A stretch of 64,000 bases of DNA, taken from Cellvibrionaceae bacterium (GTDB taxonomy: Bacteria; Pseudomonadota; Gammaproteobacteria; Pseudomonadales; Cellvibrionaceae). This document shows positions 19,362 through 27,492 of the stretch, in pieces. The stretch is from positions 2,152-66,151 of the forward strand of contig JAOXRV010000044.1 of the NCBI GenBank assembly GCA_025800435.1, given 5' to 3'. The notes under the pieces were generated by a model. It did no database searches. It worked only from the letters and a program-made list of their open reading frames with translations, and had not been told where the DNA came from. The first letter of the stretch is position 1, and the number at the start of each line of letters is the position of its first letter. The position numbers and the translations under genes were made by a program.

Positions 19362-19592
19362 TTCGCTGTCGAGCCTTGTGTCGATACCGGTTTGGAGTGA
19401 GGGTTGTGCGGGCATCATGTTGCTAAAAGCTATTTTTATGGTCAGCACGCTTCAGAATTCTGCACATTGTAGAGCCTTGGGGTGGGAGGTGGGTTCTGGG
19501 GGCTTGGGAGGCATGGACGCCGGACGAGAGCTACATGGATGTATTTATGCGTTCCCCAGAACCCACCTCCCACCCCAAGGCTCGGCAGCGAA
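19362..19592. repeat. Nested inverted-repeat element (MITE/REP-like) in the convergent pilU-ruvX spacer
   Basis: Outer 17-nt arms are TTCGCTGTCGAGCCTTG (19362-19378) and CAAGGCTCGGCAGCGAA (19576-19592), matching 16/17. Inner perfect 29-nt arms lie at 19473-19501 and 19554-19582, around a 52-nt loop. Confidence 0.75.
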
Positions 19593-19637
19593 ATCACGTT
19601 ATCATTATAAGATATTGCAACAAGGACACATTAAAAA

Positions 19638-20048
19638 CTAACCCTGCAACCAACTCTCTAAAATAATCCGCGCCGCAATAGAATCAATCGGCTGCTTGCT
19701 GTAATCCCCGCGGTGGCCTTGCTCGGCGGCTTGTTGTTTGGCTTCAAAACTCGATAGACGCTCGTCGACCATTTCTATCGCCACCCCGAAGCGCCCGTGC
19801 AGGCGGTTGCCGAATTTGCGCGCGCGCCGGCTCAGTTCGCTTTCGCTGCCGTCCATATTTAAGGGCAGGCCCACAAGTACTAGATCCGGTTGCCATTCTG
19901 TCAGGATCGCCTCAACCGCGTCCCAGTTGGGGACGCCGTCGCGGGCTTTGAGCGGGGGCAGTTCCTGGCAGGTGGCGGTAAGGCTATTGCCCTGGGCCAG
20001 GCCGATATTTTTTAGGCCGTAATCAAAAGCCAATAGGGTTTGGGCCAT
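19638..20048 (-). CDS. ruvX: Holliday junction resolvase-like / pre-16S rRNA nuclease RuvX (YqgF)
   Basis: 136 aa with N-terminal LAFDYGLKNIGLA. Overlaps the yqgE stop codon. Confidence 0.93.
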   Translation of the reverse strand: MAQTLLAFDYGLKNIGLAQGNSLTATCQELPPLKARDGVPNWDAVEAILTEWQPDLVLVGLPLNMDGSESELSRRARKFGNRLHGRFGVAIEMVDERLSSFEAKQQAAEQGHRGDYSKQPIDSIAARIILESWLQG

Positions 20049-20620
20049 TAAGCGTGTCCAGCGGTATCGATCAGGGTCGCCGGGTCAAAGCCCAGTGAGG
20101 CCACTGCTCGCTCCCAGCGCTTGTCGATGGGGCAGTTAAAAATAATATCGGTATCCGCCTCGGCGGTGAGCCAACTGTTACGAACAATCTCAGTTTCGAG
20201 TTGATCGGCGCCCCAGCCGGAATAGCCCAGGCTGACCAGATACTGCCTGGGGCCTTTGCCCGCTGCAATAGAGCGCAGCATTTCCAGCGAGCCAGACAGG
20301 CCCACCTGTTCGTCAATGGTTTGAGAGGCGGCGTTGCTGAGCGGCTCGCCATCATTGCTGTGCAAGATAAAACCCTGCTCGGGTTTGACCGGGCCGCCGT
20401 ACAGCACCTTGGTATCCAGCCGAATTTCCGACTCAATATTGACTTGCGCCAGCAATTGATCGAGGCCGGCACTGGTCTCGCGGTTGATCACAATACCCAT
20501 GGCGCCCTCGGCGTCGTGGTGGCAAATATAGATCAGGGTGCGGCTGAAATTGGGGTCGTCCATACCGGGCATGGCAATCAAAAATTGATTGCTTAGGTTT
20601 AGTGCTTGCTTATCGGCCAT
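20048..20620 (-). CDS. yqgE: YqgE/AlgH family protein
   Basis: FLIAMPGMDDPNFSRTLIYICHH is typical of the family. Synteny with ruvX. Confidence 0.9.
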   Translation of the reverse strand: MADKQALNLSNQFLIAMPGMDDPNFSRTLIYICHHDAEGAMGIVINRETSAGLDQLLAQVNIESEIRLDTKVLYGGPVKPEQGFILHSNDGEPLSNAASQTIDEQVGLSGSLEMLRSIAAGKGPRQYLVSLGYSGWGADQLETEIVRNSWLTAEADTDIIFNCPIDKRWERAVASLGFDPATLIDTAGHA

Positions 20621-20631
20621 GGTGTCGTGTC

Positions 20632-21513
20632 CTAGCGGCTGGTACTGAGGCCAGAGATTTCGAAATGCCAGGTGCGAATAATCTCTAACTTATCAGTAGT
20701 TTTGCGAATTTCCGGCGGAAATGGCGCATAGGGGGCGGCTAAATACACAATTTGCAAAGCGGCCCTGTCTAATAATTTATAGCCTGAGGAATGCAGTATC
20801 TCTACCTTATCGACATTGCCGTTCGGCAGTAAGGTAACGGCGGCGCGTAACGTGCCGGTAATATTTTGGCGCAGGGCTTCATCCGGGTAGTTGCGGTTGC
20901 CCACAAACTCTACCTTACTGGCCCATTTACTCAGGTACTCCGCATCCACCGAGGCGCGAGTGGCGACCGAGGTTAGCCGACGAATGCGCGGGCGCTTGGC
21001 GTAGGCCTGGCGCTGGCGCGCCAGCTTGGCGTGCAGGCTGGCAATTTCGGCACTGTGCTGCAACTGTTGCTTAGACAGGCCCTGACTTTTTTGTTTGTGC
21101 TGGGCTTTTTCCTGGCTTTTGCGCAATTGGCGGCTGCTCTGGCCAACCGTGGTAATCACTTTTTGTTTGCTGGGCGTGTGCTCGGCCAGCAGCTCCTGGG
21201 GCGGCGGGCTAATTTCGTTAACCTGGGTGGCGGCCATGGGCGCCTGCTTGTCGACGGTAAGCTCTTTAACTTGTTGCTCAGTGCCGCTGGCTTGTTGGTT
21301 GTGCTGGGCCAAAAAATCAGCTTGCTCTGGTGTGCGCTCGTCTTTATGGGTGGCTAGGGTAATATTGAGCGAGGCCGAGGCCTTGGGCTTGAGGTCGATT
21401 TCAAAGGTCAGGCCGATAATCAGCAGGGCGTGCAGTGCCGCCGCCACAAAAGCAGTAAAGAACAGGCGGTCGTTACTGCTGGCTGGGTTGGCGGCGGCGT
21501 TAGACATGGGCAC
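20632..21513 (-). CDS. tonB: TonB-family energy transducer (TonB3-like)
   Basis: N-terminal TM anchor, K/Q-rich linker, and C-terminal TonB domain YPDEALRQNITGTLRAAVTLLPNGNVDKVEILHSSGYKLLDRAAL. Its position between gshB and algH matches P. aeruginosa tonB3. Confidence 0.8.
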   Translation of the reverse strand: MPMSNAAANPASSNDRLFFTAFVAAALHALLIIGLTFEIDLKPKASASLNITLATHKDERTPEQADFLAQHNQQASGTEQQVKELTVDKQAPMAATQVNEISPPPQELLAEHTPSKQKVITTVGQSSRQLRKSQEKAQHKQKSQGLSKQQLQHSAEIASLHAKLARQRQAYAKRPRIRRLTSVATRASVDAEYLSKWASKVEFVGNRNYPDEALRQNITGTLRAAVTLLPNGNVDKVEILHSSGYKLLDRAALQIVYLAAPYAPFPPEIRKTTDKLEIIRTWHFEISGLSTSR

Positions 21514-21535
21514 AGTATAACAAGCGTTGGCTGCT

Positions 21536-22486
21536 CTAGGCTGCTAAACGCTTGGCAATTGCTGCCATCAAGCGCTGGCCAATGGCGGTGTCATAGGCGG
21601 CGTCGATCTCGCGCAGGCAAGTGGGGCTGGTGACATTGATCTCGGTAAGGTAATCGCCGATCACATCCAGGCCCACAAATAGCAGCCCCTTGTCTTTTAA
21701 GCTGGGGGCAATCTGCCTGGCAATCCACCAGTCGCGCTCGCTCAGCGGCTGGGCCACGCCACGGCCGCCGGCGGCGAGGTTGCCGCGGGTCTCGCCCTCG
21801 GCGGGGATACGGGCCAGACAGTAGGGCACCGGCTCGCCGTCGACCACCAAGATACGCTTATCGCCGTTGCTGATATCGGGGATAAACTTCTGCGCCATGA
21901 TGGTTTCCTGGCCAAAGCGGGTCAGGGTTTCCAGAATCACCCCAATATTGGGGTCGTCGGCGCGACAGCGGAAGATGCCGGCACCGCCCATGCCGTCCAA
22001 GGGCTTAAAGATTACATCGCCGTGCTCGGCGTGGAACTCCCGCAGCTGTTGATCGTTGCGGCTGACCAGTACCGGCGGGCAGCACTGGGGGAACTGGGTG
22101 GCAAATACCTTCTCATTGCAGTCGCGCAGGCTCTGGGGCTTGTTAACCACCAGGGTGCCGGCGCGCTCGGCCGCCTCCAGGATATAGCTGGAGTAGATAA
22201 ACTCCGAGTCGAACGGCGGGTCTTTGCGCATTAAAATCACGTCCAGCTCGGCCAGGGGGGTGGGTGTTGGCTCACCCAGTTCGAACCATTTTTCGGGCTG
22301 GGCAAATACCTGCAGCGGCCGCAGCAGGGCCTTGGCCTCGCCTTGATCTAGGTAGAGGTCGGCCTGCTCCATATAAAACAGCTCCCAATCGCGCTCGGCT
22401 GCCGCCAGCAACAGACCAAGGGTGGTGTCTTTTTTGTAGCTGATTTGGGCAATGGGGTCCATTACCACGCCGAGTTTGACGCGCAT
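21536..22486 (-). CDS. gshB: Glutathione synthetase
   Basis: 316 aa prokaryotic GSH synthetase with an ATP-grasp fold (VFKPLDGMGGAGIFR, EINVTSPT). Confidence 0.95.
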   Translation of the reverse strand: MRVKLGVVMDPIAQISYKKDTTLGLLLAAAERDWELFYMEQADLYLDQGEAKALLRPLQVFAQPEKWFELGEPTPTPLAELDVILMRKDPPFDSEFIYSSYILEAAERAGTLVVNKPQSLRDCNEKVFATQFPQCCPPVLVSRNDQQLREFHAEHGDVIFKPLDGMGGAGIFRCRADDPNIGVILETLTRFGQETIMAQKFIPDISNGDKRILVVDGEPVPYCLARIPAEGETRGNLAAGGRGVAQPLSERDWWIARQIAPSLKDKGLLFVGLDVIGDYLTEINVTSPTCLREIDAAYDTAIGQRLMAAIAKRLAA

Positions 22487-22667
22487 TCTTTGGCCTCGCG
22501 ATGGCTAAAAGTAAAAGGCCAAAGAATAAGAACTTAAGACACATTAAGCAAACCCTGTTTTGCGTCAATGCCCTATCAGATTTGCACGTTAAAGTGTCGC
22601 TTAAACCAATTTGTCGACATTTTGACCGGCCAGCCCCAAAAGGCCGGGCTGAGATTGAGCAAATTGC

Positions 22668-22705
22668 CTGGGGCGCCTCTGAATAACTCGATGATGCTCA
22701 GCGGG
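22668..22705 (-). repeat. Copy of short interspersed repeat (inverted orientation), left arm of a pair
   Basis: The reverse complement reads CCCGCTGAGCATCATCGAGTTATTCAGAGGCGCCCCAG and aligns with the copies at 8523-8560 and 22727-22765. Confidence 0.75.
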
Positions 22706-22726
22706 ATCCTAAAGCCTTCAGCTGCA

Positions 22727-22765
22727 AGGCCTGGGTGTCACCGAGTTATTCAGAGATGCCCCTAT
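22727..22765 (+). repeat. Copy of short interspersed repeat, right arm of the inverted pair
   Basis: AGGCCTGGGTGTCACCGAGTTATTCAGAGATGCCCCTAT. Together with 22668-22705 it can form a hairpin with arms of about 30 nt. Confidence 0.75.
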
Positions 22766-23006
22766 CTCGATGTGGCTTAGATCTCATCTGTGTGAGGTTT
22801 TGCTTATCTATATCAATAGGTTATGGATAAAAGCTAGGAAACATGTTAAAAATCGATTGATTAGTTGTAAGATACGCTTATCAGCCCTTTTCCTTAGAAA
22901 TGGTGGCGCAGTGAACTACCCGGTATTAACAGGGGCGGGCACAGATAAGCAATACAGTTCCGCTGCGGCGGCAAACTAACAAGATAAATTCAAAGGTCAC
23001 ACTCCA

Positions 23007-23399
23007 ATGGATGTAGATTTTGAAAGCCTGACGGTAATGGTTATCGACGATAGCAAAACCATTCGTCGCACCGCCGAGACCCTGCTTAAAAAAGCAGGCT
23101 GCGCCGTGGTGACAGCCACAGATGGGTTTGATGCCCTGGCCAAGATAGCCGATAACCGCCCGGATATTATTTTTGTCGATATTATGATGCCGCGCCTCGA
23201 CGGTTATCAAACCTGTGCTTTGATTAAAAACAACAGTCAGTTTAAGGCGACGCCGGTAATCATGTTGTCCAGCAAAGACGGCCTGTTCGACAAGGCCAAG
23301 GGGCGCATTGTGGGTTCTGATGAATATCTGACCAAACCGTTCAGCAAAAGTGAATTAATTGGCGCAATTGAATCCCAGGTTCGCCTGGCCAGCGCTTAA
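23007..23399 (+). CDS. pilG: Twitching-motility response regulator PilG (CheY-like)
   Basis: Single receiver domain with MVIDDSKTIRRTAETLLKK and FVDIMMPRLDGYQTCALIKNN, near-identical in pattern to P. aeruginosa PilG. First gene of the pilGHIJK-chpABC cluster. Confidence 0.95.
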   Translation: MDVDFESLTVMVIDDSKTIRRTAETLLKKAGCAVVTATDGFDALAKIADNRPDIIFVDIMMPRLDGYQTCALIKNNSQFKATPVIMLSSKDGLFDKAKGRIVGSDEYLTKPFSKSELIGAIESQVRLASA

Positions 23400-23436
23400 T
23401 ATTGGCATAACAAAAGGCCTGTTTTGGGGGGTGTTG

Positions 23437-23799
23437 ATGGCAACCGTACTTATCATTGATGATTCGCCGACTGAGACGCATAAGCTGTCGGGAATATTGA
23501 GTAAACACGGGCATTCAGTGATCACGGCAGAGACCGGTGAGCTGGGTATGGACAAGGCCAAGGCCGAACGTCCCGATGTGGTGCTGATGGATATCGTAAT
23601 GCCGGGCCTGAATGGTTTTCAGGCGACTCGCCAGTTAACCAAAGCGCCTGAGACCGCCGGTATTCCGGTGATTATTGTCACCACTAAAGACCAGCAGACC
23701 GATAAAGTCTGGGGCATGCGCCAGGGCGCTAAAGCCTATTTAACCAAGCCGATTGAGGAGCAGGTCTTACTCCAGACCATCTCCGAAGTAATGGCCTGA
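23437..23799 (+). CDS. pilH: Twitching-motility response regulator PilH (CheY-like)
   Basis: 120 aa from ATG 23437 (MATVLIIDDSPTE, LMDIVMPGLNG, LTKP). The listed ORF start at 23359 would overlap pilG. Confidence 0.92.
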   Translation: MATVLIIDDSPTETHKLSGILSKHGHSVITAETGELGMDKAKAERPDVVLMDIVMPGLNGFQATRQLTKAPETAGIPVIIVTTKDQQTDKVWGMRQGAKAYLTKPIEEQVLLQTISEVMA

Positions 23800-23810
23800 G
23801 GGGAAACACC

Positions 23811-24347
23811 ATGACGGCAGTCGCCAGTGCTTTTGATGCCCTTGCCGAGTTGGCCCTTACGGCCCGCGCCGGTGGCTCGGAGCTGACCGCCGAGGCTCAG
23901 GCCCAGTGGAGTGGTATTGGCTTTTCCCTGTTCGGCAAACACTTTATCGCCCCGGTGGGCGAAATCTCAGAAATGTTAGAAATACCGCCCTCGACCCGCC
24001 TGCCCGGTGTGCAGCCCTGGGTTGTGGGGGTTGCCAATGTGCGCGGCCGGCTTTTACCCATTTTTGATATGGCCGAGTTTTTTGGCGGTAAACTGGGCGC
24101 TTCCCGGCGTCAGCACCGGGTGCTGATCCTTGAGCGCGATAATATTTACGCCGGCTTGATCGTTGAGCAGGTATTGGGTATGCAGCACTTTGCCCCCGAG
24201 ACCTTTCACCAGCAGGTCGATGGCGAGTACGGCCAAATGCAGCACTGCCTGGCAGGTTCGTACCGTTTACCCGAAGGCAGCTGGCAGGTGTTTAGCACCG
24301 CCAAATTAATTGAAGACCCGAGATTTGCCAACGCCGCCCGCGGTTAG
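23811..24347 (+). CDS. pilI: CheW-like coupling protein PilI
   Basis: CheW domain (VANVRGRLLPIFDMAEFFG) and cluster position. Confidence 0.88.
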   Translation: MTAVASAFDALAELALTARAGGSELTAEAQAQWSGIGFSLFGKHFIAPVGEISEMLEIPPSTRLPGVQPWVVGVANVRGRLLPIFDMAEFFGGKLGASRRQHRVLILERDNIYAGLIVEQVLGMQHFAPETFHQQVDGEYGQMQHCLAGSYRLPEGSWQVFSTAKLIEDPRFANAARG

Positions 24348-24413
24348 TGGCAACGAATTAAGGCCCCCTGGGGGCTCGTATTTGACTGATGCAATAGGTC
24401 GGGAGCGCCTAGC

Positions 24414-26570
24414 ATGAAAAATGATTCGAAAAACTTCACCCTGAGCGTCCGCAGTAACCCCTTTATGGCGGCGTTGGTGGCTGCCCTGGTGGCGTCACTG
24501 GTGGCGATGGCGGTGGCATTTTATATGCTGCAGCGCTTTGCCGGCCAAGACCAAGAGCAGCTGCAGCTGTCAGCCGAGCTGCGGGCCCTGTCCTATCGTT
24601 TGACCGCGCTGTCCCAGGATGCCACTTCCGGTGATGAAAAGGCCTTTGCCGAACTGTCAAACGTAGTGGGCTCGATGGACACTACCTGGCAGAGCCTGCG
24701 CAGTGAAGACAGCTCCACCATGATGGCGGCCCAATACGCTGCCTTCGACACGGTGTGGAAACGGGTAAAAAGCAACTCGCGCACTATTGTTAGCAACAAA
24801 GACACCATTATCTTCCTCAACGATGTGGCCAACACCCTTAACCAATCACTGCCGGAACTGCAGGCCGAGCACAATAATATTGTCGAAATTCTACTGGAGA
24901 GCAACGCCCCGGCGGATCAGGTGGCGGTCGCCCAGATGCAATCCTGGCGGGCCGAGCGTATCGGTCGTAACGTGGATAAAATGCTGCGCGGTGGCGATGA
25001 TGCAATGGCATCCGCCGATCAGTTTAACCTCGATGCTAACTTGTTCGGTAAAGTACTGACCGGCATGAGCCAGGGCGATGTGGCGATGAGCATCTCCAAG
25101 GTAACCGACAGCCACGCGGTAGAAAGTTTGGGCGAGATTAAAGAGCTGTTCGATTTTGTAAGCTCCTCGGTAAAAGAAATTTTTGAAGCCTCGCCCGCGC
25201 TGTTTAAGGCGCGCCAGGCCGCCGATGCCATGCTCGACGATTCGCCAGTGCTGCTGGAAACGCTGAGTGACCTAACCGACGGTATTGCTTCAGCCGCCGA
25301 CCAGCGCCAACCCAATAACACCACCATCGCTATTATCGCCCTGGTCGGCGTAATCCTATTGATTGTTATCGGTGTGCAACTGCTGAGCGCTTCGCGCAAT
25401 CGCCTGGAGGAAACCAACGAGGCCAACGAACGTAACCAGCAAGCTATTTTGCGACTGCTGGACGAACTGGCCGGCCTTGCAGACGGTGACTTAACCACCT
25501 CGGCCACAGTAACCGAGGATTTTACCGGGGCCATTGCGGACTCGGTCAACTACGCCATTGACCAACTGCGCATTCTGGTTTCGCGCATTAACGAAACCTC
25601 GGTCAGCGTATCCTCGGCAGCCCAGGGTACCCAGCAAACCGCGTTGCACCTGGCTGAGGCCTCTGAACACCAGGCCCAGGAAATTGCCGGCGCCTCGGCG
25701 GCGGTAAATGAAATGGCGGTCACCATTGATCAGGTATCGGTTAACGCCGCTGAATCAGCGGGCGTTGCGGAGCGTTCGGTAACCATTGCAAACAAAGGCT
25801 CCGAGGTGGTACAGGATACCATCCGCGGCATGGATACGATTCGCGAGCAGATTCAGGATACCTCCAAGCGAATTAAACGCCTGGGTGAATCGTCCCAAGA
25901 GATTGGTGATATCGTTAGCTTGATTAACGACATCGCCGACCAGACCAACATTCTGGCATTGAACGCCGCTATTCAGGCCTCGATGGCCGGTGACGCAGGT
26001 CGTGGTTTTGCGGTGGTTGCGGATGAGGTACAGCGTCTTGCAGAACGCTCGGCTGCGGCAACCAAGCAGATTGAGGGCCTGGTAAAAGCGATTCAGAACG
26101 ATACCAATGAGGCGGTAACCTCGATGGAACAAACCACTTCTGAAGTGGTTAAAGGTGCGCGCCTAGCACAGGATGCAGGTGTGGCACTGGAAGAAATTGA
26201 AAACGTATCGTCCAACTTGGCGGAATTGATCCAGAGTATTTCGAACGCCGCTCGCCAGCAGGCCTCCTCGGCCGGCCACATCTCAAACACCATGAATGTG
26301 ATTCAGGAAATCACCTCACAGACCTCTGCCGGTACCGGTGCCACCGCTCAGTCGATTGGTAATTTGGCCGATATGGCCACCGACCTGCGCGATTCGGTAG
26401 CGGGCTTTAAACTGCCCGAAGAGCTGCGCGTAAACCTAGCCGAGCAGGAAGGTGATGTGGTGTTTAGTGCGAGCGATGACGAAGAACTTGAAATTAGCTT
26501 GGATGACGTCGGTGAACTGGACGAGAGTTTGGACGAAGAGCAGGGCTACCTTGAGGTGGCCGTTAAATAA
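24414..26570 (+). CDS. pilJ: Methyl-accepting chemotaxis protein PilJ
   Basis: 2 TM helices with a large periplasmic domain, HAMP, MCP signalling hairpin [40 protein letters not shown], and an acidic C-terminal tail. Confidence 0.93.
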   Translation: MKNDSKNFTLSVRSNPFMAALVAALVASLVAMAVAFYMLQRFAGQDQEQLQLSAELRALSYRLTALSQDATSGDEKAFAELSNVVGSMDTTWQSLRSEDSSTMMAAQYAAFDTVWKRVKSNSRTIVSNKDTIIFLNDVANTLNQSLPELQAEHNNIVEILLESNAPADQVAVAQMQSWRAERIGRNVDKMLRGGDDAMASADQFNLDANLFGKVLTGMSQGDVAMSISKVTDSHAVESLGEIKELFDFVSSSVKEIFEASPALFKARQAADAMLDDSPVLLETLSDLTDGIASAADQRQPNNTTIAIIALVGVILLIVIGVQLLSASRNRLEETNEANERNQQAILRLLDELAGLADGDLTTSATVTEDFTGAIADSVNYAIDQLRILVSRINETSVSVSSAAQGTQQTALHLAEASEHQAQEIAGASAAVNEMAVTIDQVSVNAAESAGVAERSVTIANKGSEVVQDTIRGMDTIREQIQDTSKRIKRLGESSQEIGDIVSLINDIADQTNILALNAAIQASMAGDAGRGFAVVADEVQRLAERSAAATKQIEGLVKAIQNDTNEAVTSMEQTTSEVVKGARLAQDAGVALEEIENVSSNLAELIQSISNAARQQASSAGHISNTMNVIQEITSQTSAGTGATAQSIGNLADMATDLRDSVAGFKLPEELRVNLAEQEGDVVFSASDDEELEISLDDVGELDESLDEEQGYLEVAVK

Positions 26571-26597
26571 TAATTTGCTACCGTCAAAACAAACCGT

Positions 26598-27467
26598 ATG
26601 TCTTGGTCGCTAAAGGTATCGCCGGGGCTCGACCAGCTGCAGTTTAACCGCTGGCGAAAACTGCTGGAGCAACGCACGGGCATTGATCTGGGCGAGCAGC
26701 TGCGCAGCTTACTGCAAGTGCAAATTAACCGGCGCATGAGCGCGTTGGGCTGCGCCAGCTACGACGAGTATTACGATCTTATTCAGGCTGGTGTGGGTGG
26801 TCGCTTAGAGCAGACCCTGCTGATTGAAAACCTGGTGGTCAAGGAAACCCGGTTTTATCGGCACCGCCCCTCGTATGACTTTGTCGGTGCACAATTTAAA
26901 GAGTTTTTGCAGCGCTCGCAGACGACCGGCGAGCGCAACTGCTTTGATGTTTGGAGCTTGGGTTGCGCCAGTGGCGAAGAGGCCTACTCGCTGGCGATTT
27001 GCCTAGAGCAGCAGCTGGCTGAGTTTGCGCCCGCAGTTGCCGCTGCTGATAACTACAGTATTGTGGCGACCGATATCAGCCACCGGGCGATTCAGCGGGC
27101 CAGGGCTGGAGCTTACCCGCTGGCGCGGCTGGCGCCGCTCGATGAGCAGCAGCGGCAGCGTTATTTTGACCCCCAGGGGGATGGCACAATGCGGGTTAAA
27201 CCCGCTTTGGCTCGAAAAATTTGTTTTAGCCAAGCTAATATAATTGAGATAAACAAACAGCCGTCAATGGCAATGGATTTAGTGTTTACTCAGAATATGT
27301 TGGTGTACTTTCGCAAGCCGCAGCGGCTGCGAATTTTGGATTTTATAGCTCAGCGCCTCAATATCGGAGGCCATTTAGTGCTGGGCCTAGGAGAGGTAAC
27401 CCAGTGGCACAACCGACAGATGCAGCTGCTCGATGTCGACGGTGCCCAGGTTTACCGGCGCAGTTAA
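26598..27467 (+). CDS. pilK: CheR-type methyltransferase PilK
   Basis: CheR fold with ETRFYRH and SAM-binding VWSLGCASGEEAYSLAI. Confidence 0.9.
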   Translation: MSWSLKVSPGLDQLQFNRWRKLLEQRTGIDLGEQLRSLLQVQINRRMSALGCASYDEYYDLIQAGVGGRLEQTLLIENLVVKETRFYRHRPSYDFVGAQFKEFLQRSQTTGERNCFDVWSLGCASGEEAYSLAICLEQQLAEFAPAVAAADNYSIVATDISHRAIQRARAGAYPLARLAPLDEQQRQRYFDPQGDGTMRVKPALARKICFSQANIIEINKQPSMAMDLVFTQNMLVYFRKPQRLRILDFIAQRLNIGGHLVLGLGEVTQWHNRQMQLLDVDGAQVYRRS

Positions 27468-27492
27468 TACAGTATTGGGGAAGCTTCCCACG

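Noticed and set aside
19357-19641. 94-aa plus-strand ORF in the pilU-ruvX spacer
   Set aside because: It is entirely a read-through of the nested inverted-repeat element, and both hairpin arms are translated. It has no ribosome-binding site. I treat it as a repeat, not a gene.
22501-22979. Three 61-70-aa ORFs in the gshB-pilG spacer
   Set aside because: They overlap the repeat pair and an AT-rich promoter region. They have no Shine-Dalgarno sequences and no recognisable protein features, so they are most likely non-coding regulatory DNA.
27433-27492. N-terminal extensions of listed ORFs (chpA from 27433; also ntrB to 63272, trxA to 4065, pilH from 23359, mscS to 1947)
   Set aside because: The extensions overlap upstream genes, terminators or promoter elements and lack Shine-Dalgarno sequences. 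Internal ATG/GTG codons give proteins that begin where homologues begin.
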